Below, piece after piece: positions 1 through 9,816 of a stretch of 64,000 nucleotides of DNA; position 1 is the first letter of the stretch, and every line of letters starts with the position of its first letter. This DNA is from Verrucomicrobiia bacterium (GTDB lineage Bacteria; Verrucomicrobiota; Verrucomicrobiia; Limisphaerales; UBA1319): the NCBI GenBank assembly GCA_963664225.1, contig OY760937.1, positions 3,520,001-3,584,000 of the forward strand. Direction: 5' to 3'. The notes under the pieces are model-generated. The model did not search any database, was not told the DNA's origin, and saw nothing but the letters and a program-made list of their open reading frames with translations. The translations under genes and the position numbers were made by a program.

Positions 1-3000
1 CGCCCTCCATATAGGAGACCTGATCCAGCCACCCGCAATCGGACGAGTTTCTATCCGGGGCATGTTTGGAATAGGCCCAGGTCAGGGTATGCGTTCCGGG
101 GATTAAATAATATTTTTTTTGTTCCCAGGGCACGGACCCTGAAATTTGATCCATTTGCACTCCATCCACGTCAAAAAACAGAACATTAACATCCAGCATG
201 GATGATGCTTGCCACCAAAACGTCAGTGTTCCAGGGCCATTGACGGTGGTCTGGACCAGGGAATTCTCACCCGCAGCAATCGCACCGCTCTGAAGGGCCG
301 CGACTCGATCATGGGTGATGGTGGTTTCCATGAACCAGGGCTTATCACCGCTGATTTTCCATGCCAGGTTTGTGGCATTCAGCGCATCCGAGATGTCCCA
401 TACATTCAGCCAGGCATTGGTGCTGATCGTGCGTCCGAACTCATTGGTGATGACCACCGCATAGGTTCCTTCCTTGGCCAGATTGACCGCAGCCAGGTTT
501 AATACCCTGTTGGTTGCCAGGTCAATCTTCGCCCCATTGAACAGCCATTGGAAGTTCATCGGCAAAGAGCCGAGCGCTTCGACGGCGAATGTCGCATTCT
601 CATTTGCAAAACGGGTCGCACTGGAGGGCTGAGCCGCGATCATCGGAGCCACGTTTTCCACTGTCAGCAAGGCATTGGAGCCGCGCATCGTTCCAAAGGC
701 GTTCGACACCACGACACTGTAGGCTCCCGTATTGAAGGTTTGGCAATTAGTGATCGTAACCTGTGCGTTGGTGGTGATGGCAAAGTTTGCATCCTTGAAG
801 AACCAGAGGTAGCTCATGGGAGAAAGCCCCGTTGTGGCGACGCTTAAAACCGCATTCGTGCCGCTATACACAACCTGGTTTGTCGGTTGATATGTGATGA
901 CTGGTTTCAGGATATTGGACATCGCAATGCCCTCGATCTGGCGGGTGTTGCCGTCGAAATACCAGAGTTTGCGATTCTGACGATCAACGGTTTTGTTGGT
1001 GGACACAACGGGCAAGGTATAAATCATTTGTCCAGAGGAGGCGTCAAATGCATATCGATCGCTGAAAGCGGCCGCGCCATTGGTAGTGCAACAATATATT
1101 TCCGTTCCAAACTGCCCTACATGAGACAAATTTGCGTCATACACGGCGCTCTTCCAAAACAATCGGGATCCATCCATGCTCATAACAACATTGCGGAACT
1201 TATTATAATACATGTCCGCCTCGACTTTATACAGGGAAGCGAAATAGTCATATCCAATATCGTATTTCGTGATCTCGTCTTTGTGTCCATAGCTGTTGCT
1301 GTCCCCGTGATAATAATAGCGGCCGGATGGATCACATTCGCCATCTCCGTGTTCGAGTTGCGACGTGCCAACAAGGATTCGAGTGGTGGTATCGATTATT
1401 CCCGCCATAATCCCTCCAATAAGGCCTTCCTGGTCGCCTTCGGTAACGATCCGGCCGGGGAGCCCTCCGTTGATTTTGTACACGTCAGTGCCCAGGGAAA
1501 GCGGGTCTGCTTCCATTTGCGTTTTCAAATCGACAACCCGCGTTTGATGATAGCCCCAATTTGAAACATAAAGCCGGTCGTCAAACCGGTTTATGCTCAT
1601 ATCGGTGGGATTGATTCCAATGGGGATCACTTTTTCAGCGATTCCGGTGCTGGTGTTTATGAACAACAGGAATGCGTCTGAAAAACTGCCACTGCCCGGA
1701 TGGAGCACGTAAATATAATCCCGGTTCGGGTCCGCGACCATCTTTGAGGGTTTGAGGTCGAACAACTGCAAGACGACCGCGATTGGCAGCGATTTTCCAT
1801 TTTCCGTCAGCGTAATAAAATTAGTGTGAAGACCTGCCTTGAGATTGGATGTGTCAAAACCAATGGTCACTGAAGACGGGGTGGACCCGTTGGTGGCCGA
1901 TGCGGACAGCCACGGTTGGTCAATGACCATGTTCCAGCGTGTCTCAAATTGCGCGCCGATGGACAAGGAATGTGGGGGAATGGCCAATCCGACTGCGCCA
2001 TAAAGGGTCATTGTTTGTGGCGAGACCGCCAGGGGTGAAGGTGTGAACGACCATACAGAGCCTGCCGTTATGCCGGAGAAGCCCACGGAATCGACCCGCC
2101 AATAATACGTAATGCCCGTTTTTAGCAATGAGGGCAATGAGAGGAAATTGGTGGAGGTTGGCCCCAGATACAACACAGAATGGATGTCCGCTGATGTCAC
2201 CGCGTCCTTGTTTGTTCCGAAATACACTTGATAACTCAAGGCCAGCGGTTGGAGCGTCCATGATACCTTGGGCAATGGAAGACTAATAATCGAACCATCC
2301 GGCGGCGCGGGATCGAATCCCGGGCCGGATACAGACTCAATGGTCGACATTGGAACCACCACCAACTGGTTCGAAGCACTGTTGAAGGAAAAGACTTTTT
2401 GTTGATCCCCCGAAATGGCCATGATTTGGGATGCGAAGGGCCAGGAATAAACAATCTGGCCATTGCGCGCATTGAAGACATGCTGCGTGCCGAGGGCAAG
2501 ATCGCCATGGAGGGTTGTAGCCCAGATTTCCTCCCCAAGCGATCCAGATTCAATCAAGTTGGTGTTGTAAACATAGCCTTGCCAGAATAGCGTGCTGCCA
2601 TCAGGCGACAAAAGCAGATGGCGCGGGCCGAATCCATGTTTGGGGCTGTCGGCTATATCGGCAAGGCTATCATTATCGACTTGCTTCTTTGTGATGTTGG
2701 CCGGTGAGTTGTCACTAGCACGATAATAGAATGACCCGCTCGGATCCGTTTCCCCGTCCCCCTCCACCGCGGCCCATGGCAACAATCCGACGACCTTCCC
2801 CGTGGTGGTATCCACAATATTCACCCAAATCCATTGATTTCCACCTTCCGTAATTATCCGTCCCGCTTTTCCTGCGTTGACATTGTAGATGTCCGGTCCC
2901 AGGTTCAATGGCGGTAGCAAGGACTGAGTCGTCAGATCCACAACGTAAGTGGCATTTTCCTGCCAACTGGCGATGTAGAGCCGGTTTTCTCGATAATGGA

Positions 3001-3337
3001 CGGTCAAATCCGTCGGATTGTTTCCAATGGGCAGTGTTTTCTCGATGGTATTATTGGTGGTATTGATGAATAACAGATTCCCCTTTTGCCCGGCTGTAAC
3101 GGGCGCCTGTATCGCATAGATATAGGGACGCTGAAGGTCCGCGGCCATTTTTACCAACGCGCCGCCCGGCACTGGAATGGGGATGAATTGGGCCTGCACC
3201 GCCGGATTCCAAAGGAGGAAGGCGCCGAGCAGGAATACAAGGAGGCTTGAATAAACAGGACGACATGCGGAGCTCCACCACGAGTTCGTGCGATCAATGG
3301 GTCCTTTGAGTAAAATCAGGGTATTGTATAGAGCCAT
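1..3337 (-). CDS. Large secreted protein, partial (>1112 aa): two YVTN-like beta-propeller regions, BACON-like domain, Ig-like domains
   Basis: Read by hand from ATG 3337 with no stop to the window edge. Signal-like stretch (SSLLVFLLGAFLLWNPAVQA), repeated motif EKTLPIGNNPTDL / EKVIPIGINPTDM, QPWLSASATNGSTPSSVTIGFDTSNL (BACON-like), and Ig motifs PVITYQPTNQVV...YSVVVSNAFG and APMIAAQP...YAVVITNEFG. Confidence 0.85.
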   Translation of the reverse strand, partial: MALYNTLILLKGPIDRTNSWWSSACRPVYSSLLVFLLGAFLLWNPAVQAQFIPIPVPGGALVKMAADLQRPYIYAIQAPVTAGQKGNLLFINTTNNTIEKTLPIGNNPTDLTVHYRENRLYIASWQENATYVVDLTTQSLLPPLNLGPDIYNVNAGKAGRIITEGGNQWIWVNIVDTTTGKVVGLLPWAAVEGDGETDPSGSFYYRASDNSPANITKKQVDNDSLADIADSPKHGFGPRHLLLSPDGSTLFWQGYVYNTNLIESGSLGEEIWATTLHGDLALGTQHVFNARNGQIVYSWPFASQIMAISGDQQKVFSFNSASNQLVVVPMSTIESVSGPGFDPAPPDGSIISLPLPKVSWTLQPLALSYQVYFGTNKDAVTSADIHSVLYLGPTSTNFLSLPSLLKTGITYYWRVDSVGFSGITAGSVWSFTPSPLAVSPQTMTLYGAVGLAIPPHSLSIGAQFETRWNMVIDQPWLSASATNGSTPSSVTIGFDTSNLKAGLHTNFITLTENGKSLPIAVVLQLFDLKPSKMVADPNRDYIYVLHPGSGSFSDAFLLFINTSTGIAEKVIPIGINPTDMSINRFDDRLYVSNWGYHQTRVVDLKTQMEADPLSLGTDVYKINGGLPGRIVTEGDQEGLIGGIMAGIIDTTTRILVGTSQLEHGDGECDPSGRYYYHGDSNSYGHKDEITKYDIGYDYFASLYKVEADMYYNKFRNVVMSMDGSRLFWKSAVYDANLSHVGQFGTEIYCCTTNGAAAFSDRYAFDASSGQMIYTLPVVSTNKTVDRQNRKLWYFDGNTRQIEGIAMSNILKPVITYQPTNQVVYSGTNAVLSVATTGLSPMSYLWFFKDANFAITTNAQVTITNCQTFNTGAYSVVVSNAFGTMRGSNALLTVENVAPMIAAQPSSATRFANENATFAVEALGSLPMNFQWLFNGAKIDLATNRVLNLAAVNLAKEGTYAVVITNEFGRTISTNAWLNVWDISDALNATNLAWKISGDKPWFMETTITHDRVAALQSGAIAAGENSLVQTTVNGPGTLTFWWQASSMLDVNVLFFDVDGVQMDQISGSVPWEQKKYYLIPGTHTLTWAYSKHAPDRNSSDCGWLDQVSYMEG

Positions 3338-3550
3338 GGAAACAAACGACCAATCACCCTCGAATTTGGTGGATTCAATTCTCATATGGTGAATTCATTT
3401 AGCAGCTCAATATGTAAAAATGTCAATGAACGAAAGAGAGGATTGAAGACGCGAAGACACGGAGGGCGAAGGGCGAAGGGCGGGAAACGGGGAAAAGAAG
3501 ATTATCTATCTGAAGCGCCTAGATCTCAAAGTCAAATACGCACTGGAAAA

Positions 3551-3581
3551 GGACGCCGGGTGAGGGCACCACGGCCTACAG
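3551..3581 (-). repeat. GTAG-type REP-like palindrome, copy 1
   Basis: GGACGCCGGGTGAGGGCACCACGGCCTACAG, identical to 4766-4796. The minus strand reads GTAG followed by a hairpin. Confidence 0.75.
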
Positions 3582-3629
3582 TATTTCCCGACGAAGGACC
3601 AGGGACGCTCTTTGACAGCCTTTTTTAAC

Positions 3630-4388
3630 TCATATCCACCCTCTTCCCCAATACACCCACCAGCCGATTTTCTCGTGGAGATAGAGAGCCAGCGATTCAA
3701 AACCACCCTGGCGCGGTATTATGGAAAACGAGGTTGGAACGGTGCCATATGCACGGAAATCGCAAGCGACCGGTGTGACCTGAATGCCCTGCTTTGCAAA
3801 CAAGGCGACCGAGCGTCGCATGTGTAGGGCGGAAGTCACCAGAACCACGGACTTCCATCCATGTGCAGCCTGGAGTTGCTTGAAGGCAAGCGCCTCGTCA
3901 TGGGTATCGCGGCAGGTGCCCAGATTGGTCAACATGATCCCGGGCAAACCCCAAGGCTCCATCCAGAGTTGCACTTTCGCGGATGTGGGGATGGCCTGGT
4001 TCTCCACCGGCACGCTGCCGCCCAGCACAAGGTTGGTGGTCAATCCCCGGCGGGCCATCTCCATTCCCGTGAAGGCTCGGGAACCGGCCGCCGAAATGGC
4101 CACCCCGCGAATATCGTATTGCGATTCGTAAAAACCACCGCCCAAAACCACGACAGCATCCACCCGCGTCTTTGGGAATTCCTTTGCGTCTGCGTAAACC
4201 CGTTCTTCAGCCGCTACCAGGACGGCAGGGAAAGGTGTGCTGCCGATCAGAAAGATCAAGAGTGTTGGCACGCCGAGCCAGCAGGCGCTTCGCCATTGGC
4301 GACGCCAGACCAGCCAGGCGAATCCAAGCGCCATCAGGAACCAGATAATTCCGAGTGGTTCGGTTAGTGGTAGAATTAAAGATTTCAA
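3630..4388 (-). CDS. YdcF/ElyC-like (DUF218) membrane protein
   Basis: N-terminal TM helices; motifs DAVVVLGGG, TCRDTHDEA, LVTSALHMRRS, LHEKIG. Confidence 0.9.
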   Translation of the reverse strand: MKSLILPLTEPLGIIWFLMALGFAWLVWRRQWRSACWLGVPTLLIFLIGSTPFPAVLVAAEERVYADAKEFPKTRVDAVVVLGGGFYESQYDIRGVAISAAGSRAFTGMEMARRGLTTNLVLGGSVPVENQAIPTSAKVQLWMEPWGLPGIMLTNLGTCRDTHDEALAFKQLQAAHGWKSVVLVTSALHMRRSVALFAKQGIQVTPVACDFRAYGTVPTSFSIIPRQGGFESLALYLHEKIGWWVYWGRGWI

Positions 4389-4399
4389 AGTTAAAAACT

Positions 4400-4566
4400 G
4401 TCCTTGGTCCTTGGTCGCTTGTCAAAAACAAGTTATAAACTGTCCGTGGTCTTTTGTCCTTGGTCCTTGGTCGTCAGAGAAGGGAAAACAGTTGAAAAAG
4501 CAGCCCATGACTGAAAAAGATGTATGTCGCTTATTGCTTTGACCAAGGACGAGGGACCAAGGACGT
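4400..4566. repeat. TCCTTGG heptamer tracts in inverted arrangement
   Basis: TCCTTGG tracts at about 4400-4416 and 4443-4472 face a complementary GACCAAG/GACGAGG tract at 4541-4564. Confidence 0.8.
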
Positions 4567-4765
4567 CTTTTCCCGACCTCGGCCCTCTTGTGTTTCCTGC
4601 CCTACGCCCTTTGCGCTCAACCCTCACCTCTCCGCTCCTGGCCCTTCGCTCTTCTTGTGGTCATCGACCCGCGTCACAGGAAATGAACTTTATTGTACTT
4701 TATTTGTGCAATCTTAAATATATGGGATGTTCATTTTTACCTGCGCTCTGATCTCCGACTTGCAC

Positions 4766-4796
4766 GGACGCCGGGTGAGGGCACCACGGCCTACAG
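4766..4796 (-). repeat. GTAG-type REP-like palindrome, copy 2
   Basis: Exact 31-bp copy of 3551-3581. Confidence 0.75.
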
Positions 4797-4814
4797 CGTT
4801 GCCCTGACCAAGGA

Positions 4815-5033
4815 CTACGCACGTTTTTTGCCATAGGTCCGCTGCACGTATTCCTCCCATTCAGGGTCGCGTTTGGTTTTGCCGCACTCAAGGCCCCAAC
4901 GAGTAATGGCAGCATAGTCGAAGGCGGGATCGATCTTGGCCATTTTATTGTGCCAGCGGATATAGGCCGCGATCGCGTTCAGCGCGATGGACAGGTAGTT
5001 GGGAGGCGGGGGGCGCCGGACGCCGGGGCTCAT
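4815..5033 (-). CDS. Small hypothetical protein (72 aa)
   Basis: MSPGVRRPPPPNYLSIALNAIAAYIRWHNKM..., downstream of the HTH gene. The stop codon lies in a repeat module. Confidence 0.4.
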   Translation of the reverse strand: MSPGVRRPPPPNYLSIALNAIAAYIRWHNKMAKIDPAFDYAAITRWGLECGKTKRDPEWEEYVQRTYGKKRA

Positions 5034-5103
5034 CCGCGTCGCGTGGTAGGACAGACGGTGATACGGCAAACGATCCAGTTTGACGTTGAGCTGCCGCCCA
5101 ACA

Positions 5104-5514
5104 TTACGGATTCCAGTCCTGGACGGCTTCGCAGTATTCATCGTTGGGCATTTCCCTGGTCGGGCTTGTGAATTGAATGGTACCCGTTTCGCGCATAATC
5201 TGGCGTCGCAACGATTCGGCCATCGCCAAAAGCCGGGGCGTCGGGACATCGGAATAATCGCGCTTTTTGATTTCCTCCTCGACGCGCTGGAGTTCCCCGG
5301 CCAGGGCATTGACCCGGTCTTCGGTGGTGGAGAGGGCCTTGTTGCGGAGTTCCTCCATGTGGATGGCGCGGAGGTTCTGGAGTTCGAAGCGGAACTTGCG
5401 GCTCCAGTTGACGAGTGTGCCCCGGGAGACGGACAGTTCCTCGGCGATGGCCGCAAAGGTTTTGCCCTGACCCCGCAGGACAATGAATTTAGCTTGAGTT
5501 TCCTGTTCGATCAT
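5104..5514 (-). CDS. Helix-turn-helix protein with coiled coil
   Basis: LRGQGKTFAAIAEELSVSRGTLVNWSRK HTH motif. Start placed at MIEQETQAKF; the ORF track extends to 5562. Confidence 0.7.
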   Translation of the reverse strand: MIEQETQAKFIVLRGQGKTFAAIAEELSVSRGTLVNWSRKFRFELQNLRAIHMEELRNKALSTTEDRVNALAGELQRVEEEIKKRDYSDVPTPRLLAMAESLRRQIMRETGTIQFTSPTREMPNDEYCEAVQDWNP

Positions 5515-5748
5515 AATTCTGAACATGCCAGGGCGGCACGCCCCGGCGTTTAACCACGACACGCGTCGCGGGTATTGTTTATAGTTGAATTATTGTGAAC
5601 GTTTAAACGAACGCGAGGTACGTTTCAGAAGTTCACCCTACCCTTTCCCACCGGGAAAGGCCCAGGAAACTGGGGGTATCTGGCGCTCCACCGGAGCGAG
5701 GTTACCGGTTGACCGATTACAGCACCGCCATAACCATCAACGGGGGAC

Positions 5749-5777
5749 AAGATAGAGGAATCCAAAGGATTTGTCAA
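5749..5777 (-). promoter_or_regulatory. Sigma70-type promoter
   Basis: TTGACA-17 bp-TATCTT on the minus strand, about 235 nt upstream of the HTH gene. Confidence 0.6.
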
Positions 5778-5904
5778 TAGGCAGAATGAACAAAATGAAA
5801 AGCAAAGCGCTGAGAGCGGAGGGCGGAAGGCGAAGCCAATAGAGGTCAGACGTCAGAGGTCATGGGCTTGCTTCGATAAATCGGACACAGAAGACACATA
5901 TAGG

Positions 5905-6747
5905 TTATTTGGATATATTTTCAAAGTCAACAGGAGACATGTAATTGAGTGTGCTGTGTAAACGCTGTCGATTATAGAAGGTCTCGATGTAATCAAAGAT
6001 GGCCTGTCGGGCCTGGGCTCGGGTCGCAAAGACCCGGCGATAAACCAGTTCTTGTTTAAGGGTGCTCCAAAAGGATTCCATGGCCGCGTTGTCATAGCAG
6101 TTGCCACTGCGGCTCATGCTCGCCAGGGCACCGGAGGTTTCCATCGCCCGGCGATAATCCTGACTGGCATACTGGACTCCCCGATCTGAATGAAAGAGCA
6201 ATCCGGGTTCGGGTTGTCGCTGAATGCAGGCCATGTTCCAGGCCGCCAGAACCAGTTCGGCGTCAATATGTTCGCTCATGCTCCAACCCACGATGCGGCG
6301 GCTGTAGAGGTCTTCAATTCCCGCCAGATAGAGCCAGCCTTCATCGGTGGCAATGTAGGTGATGTCCCCGACCCAAGTCTGATTGCGTTGGTCCGGTGGC
6401 GCGGCTTGAGCCAGCCGGTTGGGGGCAATGGGCTGATCATGATTGCTGTCGGTGGTTCGGACCTTGAAACGCTTTTTAGAACGCGCCTGCAGGCCTTCCT
6501 GGCGCATTAAACGGGCGATGTGGTTGCGACCATGGCAGTGCCCCTGGTGCTTCAAGGCGATCTGGATGCGCGGGCTGCCATAGGTTTTGCGGCTGCCATT
6601 GAAAATCGTTGTGATGGTCCCTTTCAATACGGCGTCCTGCCGGGCTCGCAACGAAGGCTGGATTTGCCGTCGGCACCAATCATAGTAGCCGCTGAAAGAC
6701 ACATCAAAGGCATCACAGAGCAGGCGGATGGGATGATCGACTTTCAT
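5905..6747 (-). CDS. IS3 transposase OrfB (DDE)
   Basis: WVGDITYI, HSDRGVQY, CYDNAAMESFWSTLK. Confidence 0.95.
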   Translation of the reverse strand: MKVDHPIRLLCDAFDVSFSGYYDWCRRQIQPSLRARQDAVLKGTITTIFNGSRKTYGSPRIQIALKHQGHCHGRNHIARLMRQEGLQARSKKRFKVRTTDSNHDQPIAPNRLAQAAPPDQRNQTWVGDITYIATDEGWLYLAGIEDLYSRRIVGWSMSEHIDAELVLAAWNMACIQRQPEPGLLFHSDRGVQYASQDYRRAMETSGALASMSRSGNCYDNAAMESFWSTLKQELVYRRVFATRAQARQAIFDYIETFYNRQRLHSTLNYMSPVDFENISK

Positions 6748-7127
6748 CGCTTCAACCCGTTGATAGCGTTGCTCTGGGGGTCCGAAAGAATTCCCAACGT
6801 TTTTTTTAGAATCTCCCGTTGCTGGCGCACATAGTCCAGTTCGCGCAACAAAGCGGCATTGTCGGCCAGCAACTGCTCACGGGTCTTTGTTTCGGCTCCT
6901 TCCCCTGTTGGCAGCGGAACATATTTTGCGCGCCAGGCATAGAGTCGCTCCATTTTTATCCCCAGTTCAGCCGCCACGGTGGAGGCCGATTTCCCGCTGG
7001 ATTTCCAGAGGTTCACGGCTTCCTGCTTAAATGCAGAATCATACTTCGGATGAGTCTTGGAATCGGGAATCACAGATTGCTTCATACGGTTTTTCATTAA
7101 GTTTCGCTCCGCCCCTGTGTCCGTCAA
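6744..7127 (-). CDS. IS3 transposase OrfA
   Basis: YDSAFKQEAV HTH and zipper ending EILKKTLG at the -1 frameshift. The true start is probably one of the internal ATGs. Confidence 0.9.
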   Translation of the reverse strand: MTDTGAERNLMKNRMKQSVIPDSKTHPKYDSAFKQEAVNLWKSSGKSASTVAAELGIKMERLYAWRAKYVPLPTGEGAETKTREQLLADNAALLRELDYVRQQREILKKTLGILSDPQSNAINGLKR

Positions 7128-7198
7128 ATCGAAGCAACCTCAGTCAGGAAAAAAAGGCGCAGAGCAACGAGCGGAAACGGGGAGGGCAAGAAAGACAA

Positions 7199-7281
7199 GA
7201 GGTCAGATGTCAGAGGGCGGAGGGCGAAGGGCGGAGGGCAGAGGGCGGAGGGCGGAGGGCAGAGGGCGGAGGGCGGAGCGA
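7199..7281 (+). repeat. AGAGGTC and GGC(G/A)GAG heptamer tract
   Basis: About 10 tandem heptamers between the two IS3 copies. Confidence 0.85.
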
Positions 7282-7374
7282 GAAACGGGGAAGGAATAGG
7301 TCACCTACCGCATAGAGCACATAGATCTCAAATGGGCTTGCTTCGATAAATCGGACACAGAAGACACATATAGG

Positions 7375-8217
7375 TTATTTGGATATATTTTCAAAGTCAA
7401 CAGGAGACATGTAATTGAGTGTGCTGTGTAAACGCTGTCGATTATAGAAGGTCTCGATGTAATCAAAGATGGCCTGTCGGGCCTGGGCTCGGGTCGCAAA
7501 GACCCGGCGATAAACCAGTTCTTGTTTAAGGGTGCTCCAAAAGGATTCCATGGCCGCGTTGTCATAGCAGTTGCCACTGCGGCTCATGCTCGCCAGGGCA
7601 CCGGAGGTTTCCATCGCCCGGCGATAATCCTGACTGGCATACTGGACTCCCCGGTCTGAATGAAAGAGCAATCCGGGTTCGGGTTGCCGCTGAATGCAGG
7701 CCATGTTCCAGGCCGACAGGACCAGTTCGGTGTCAATGTGCTCGCTCATGCCCCAACCCACGATGCGGCGGCTGTAAAGGTCTTCAATGCCAGCGAGATA
7801 GAGCCAGCCTTCATCGGTGGCAATGTAGGTGATGTCCCCGACCCAAGTCTGATTGCGTTGGTCCGGTGGCGCGGCTTGAGCCAGCCGGTTGGGGGCAATG
7901 GGCTGATCATGATTGCTGTCGGTGGTTCGGACCTTGAAACGCTTTTTAGAACGCGCCTGCAGGCCTTCCTGGCGCATTAAACGGGCGATGTGGTTGCGAC
8001 CATGGCAGTGCCCCTGGTGCTTCAAGGCGATCTGGATGCGCGGGCTGCCATAGGTTTTGCGGCTGCCATTGAAAATCGTTGTGATGGTCCCTTTCAATAC
8101 GGCGTCCTGACGGGCACGCAACGAAGGCTGGATTTGCCGTCGGCACCAATCATAGTAGCCGCTAAAAGACACATCAAAGGCCTCACAGAGCAGGCGGATG
8201 GGATGATCGACTTTCAT
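7375..8217 (-). CDS. IS3 transposase OrfB
   Basis: Near-identical to 5905-6747 with a few substitutions. Confidence 0.95.
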   Translation of the reverse strand: MKVDHPIRLLCEAFDVSFSGYYDWCRRQIQPSLRARQDAVLKGTITTIFNGSRKTYGSPRIQIALKHQGHCHGRNHIARLMRQEGLQARSKKRFKVRTTDSNHDQPIAPNRLAQAAPPDQRNQTWVGDITYIATDEGWLYLAGIEDLYSRRIVGWGMSEHIDTELVLSAWNMACIQRQPEPGLLFHSDRGVQYASQDYRRAMETSGALASMSRSGNCYDNAAMESFWSTLKQELVYRRVFATRAQARQAIFDYIETFYNRQRLHSTLNYMSPVDFENISK

Positions 8218-8597
8218 CGCTTCAACCCGTTGATAGCGTTGCTCTGGGGGTCCGAAAGAATTCCCAACGTTTTTTTTAGAATCTCCCGCTGCTGGCGCAC
8301 ATAGTCCAGTTCGCGCAACAAAGCGGCATTGTCGGCCAGCAACTGCTCACGGGTCTTTGTTTCGGCTCCTTCCCCTGTTGGCAGCGGCACATATTTTGCG
8401 CGCCAGGCATAGAGCCGCTCCATTTTTATCCCCAACTCAGCCGCCACCGTGGCTGCCGATTTCCCGCTGGATTTCCAGAGGTTCACGGCTTCCTGCTTAA
8501 ATGCAGAATCATACTTCGGATGAGTCTTGGAATCGGGAATCACAGATTGCTTCATACGGTTTTTCATTAAGTTTCGCTCCGCTCCTGTGTCCGTCAA
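8214..8597 (-). CDS. IS3 transposase OrfA
   Basis: Near-identical to 6744-7127. Confidence 0.9.
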   Translation of the reverse strand: MTDTGAERNLMKNRMKQSVIPDSKTHPKYDSAFKQEAVNLWKSSGKSAATVAAELGIKMERLYAWRAKYVPLPTGEGAETKTREQLLADNAALLRELDYVRQQREILKKTLGILSDPQSNAINGLKR

Positions 8598-8807
8598 ATC
8601 GGGGCAACCTCACAAAGATAGAAATGCAATGGAAAAGAACGCCGTGGGGAGGCGAAGCGCTGAGAGCGGAGCGCTAAGGGCGAAGGGCAGCCAGCAAAAA
8701 AGCGAACAACCAACATCGAACGTCCAACGTGCAATGGAAAAGGCAAAGGGCAAACCAGACCCGGAATCAAAGGTTGAAAATACGGGTCCAACGAGTATTC
8801 TAACTTC

Positions 8808-9050
8808 ATGGTAACAGTCGAACAATCGCGAATTTCAATTGATCCGAAGGTCTGTCACGGCAAGCCGGTCATTAGTGGAACGCGGGTTCTTGTCGCCAAC
8901 ATTCTGGGCGCGTTGGCCACAGGCCAGTCCAGGGAGTCGATTTTGCAGGATTACCCGTCCATCAGAGAGGCGGACATCGATGCGGCGCTGGATTTTGCCA
9001 CGCAGATGACGCGGTTTGAGTCGTTCGACTACGAACCCGTGGGCAAATGA
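8808..9050 (+). CDS. DUF433-family putative antitoxin
   Basis: ISIDPKVCHGKPVISGTRV...ILQDYPSI...DIDAALDFA; ATGA overlap with the next gene. Confidence 0.9.
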   Translation: MVTVEQSRISIDPKVCHGKPVISGTRVLVANILGALATGQSRESILQDYPSIREADIDAALDFATQMTRFESFDYEPVGK

Positions 9051-9415
9051 AGTTTCTTGCCGACCAGAATTTCCCCCGCACTTGCAAGGAACTGCTGGAG
9101 GAATTGGGTCATTCCCTCTGCGAACTCAGTTACGATCCCAACACGGGACTGAGCGACGATTGGCTGTTTGCGGAAGCTCAGAAGCAAAACGCCATATTCC
9201 TCACCACGGACAAGGATTTTTTCCACACCATTCCATTGCTCCATTCCACCCACGCCGGAGTTATCGTCATCACGCTGGCGCGGCCCAATCGGGATGAAAT
9301 CCTTGAGAAGTTGCGCTGGGCGCTGGTGTTCAACCAGTCCAACCCGATTGCCGATCATGTAATCCTGCTTCGCGACCATCGTGTTTTATATTCCAAGCGC
9401 ACTGGAGACTTGTAA
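9047..9415 (+). CDS. DUF5615 PIN-like putative toxin
   Basis: MKFLADQNFP...SDDWL...FLTTDKDF...HAGVIVI. Confidence 0.88.
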   Translation: MKFLADQNFPRTCKELLEELGHSLCELSYDPNTGLSDDWLFAEAQKQNAIFLTTDKDFFHTIPLLHSTHAGVIVITLARPNRDEILEKLRWALVFNQSNPIADHVILLRDHRVLYSKRTGDL

Positions 9416-9504
9416 ACGATTCAAGCGTGGGGCCCCGCATCCGGTGTGCTCCGATCCCATTTTGTCGGCTCTTACCGCTCAGCCCTCCGCCCTTAGCGCT
9501 TTTT

Positions 9505-9816
9505 GACCAAGGACCAGGGACTACGGACGTTTTTTGCCGCCCCTCTCCACAATCCTCTCCCCGTTCGTGCCTCACGGGGCGAGGAAGAAAACAGCTACGC
9601 TTCATTCGGGCAAAACCGTAGATGTGTATCAGAAATAAACAAACCCCTCTCCACAATCCTCTCCCCGCTCGTGCCTCACGAGGCGAGGAAGAAAAATAGG
9701 ACGGGCGGTTTTCCCGGGGTAGCTCGTGCCTCGCAACCCCGGTCTGAATGATTTAATCCCTTCGGGATAAAGAGATTGCAGTGCTCTTCCCCGACTACGG
9801 ACTAGGGACCAAGGAC
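9505..9816. repeat. Partial (9505-9590) and near-complete (9644-9816) copies of the 191-bp unit
   Basis: Direct match to the units at 10670-11285. Confidence 0.9.

Larger units (their letters stand above)
5863..7142 (-). mobile_element. IS3-family element, copy 1 (1280 bp)
   Basis: TG...CA ends; imperfect 28-bp IRs (TGGGCTTGCTTCGATAAATCGGACACAG / TGAGGTTGCTTCGATTTGACGGACACAG); 4-bp TSD GTCA; A8 slippery site at 6800-6807. Confidence 0.95.
7333..8612 (-). mobile_element. IS3-family element, copy 2 (1280 bp)
   Basis: Same IRs as copy 1; own 4-bp TSD CAAA (7329-7332 / 8613-8616); A8 site at 8270-8277. Confidence 0.95.

Noticed and set aside
209..3281. Short ORFs listed in the first 3.3 kb
   Set aside because: They are shadows of the single long minus-strand gene 1-3337.
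5863..8612. Composite transposon
   Set aside because: Each IS has its own TSD, the outer flanks differ (GTCA vs CAAA), and there is no cargo gene.
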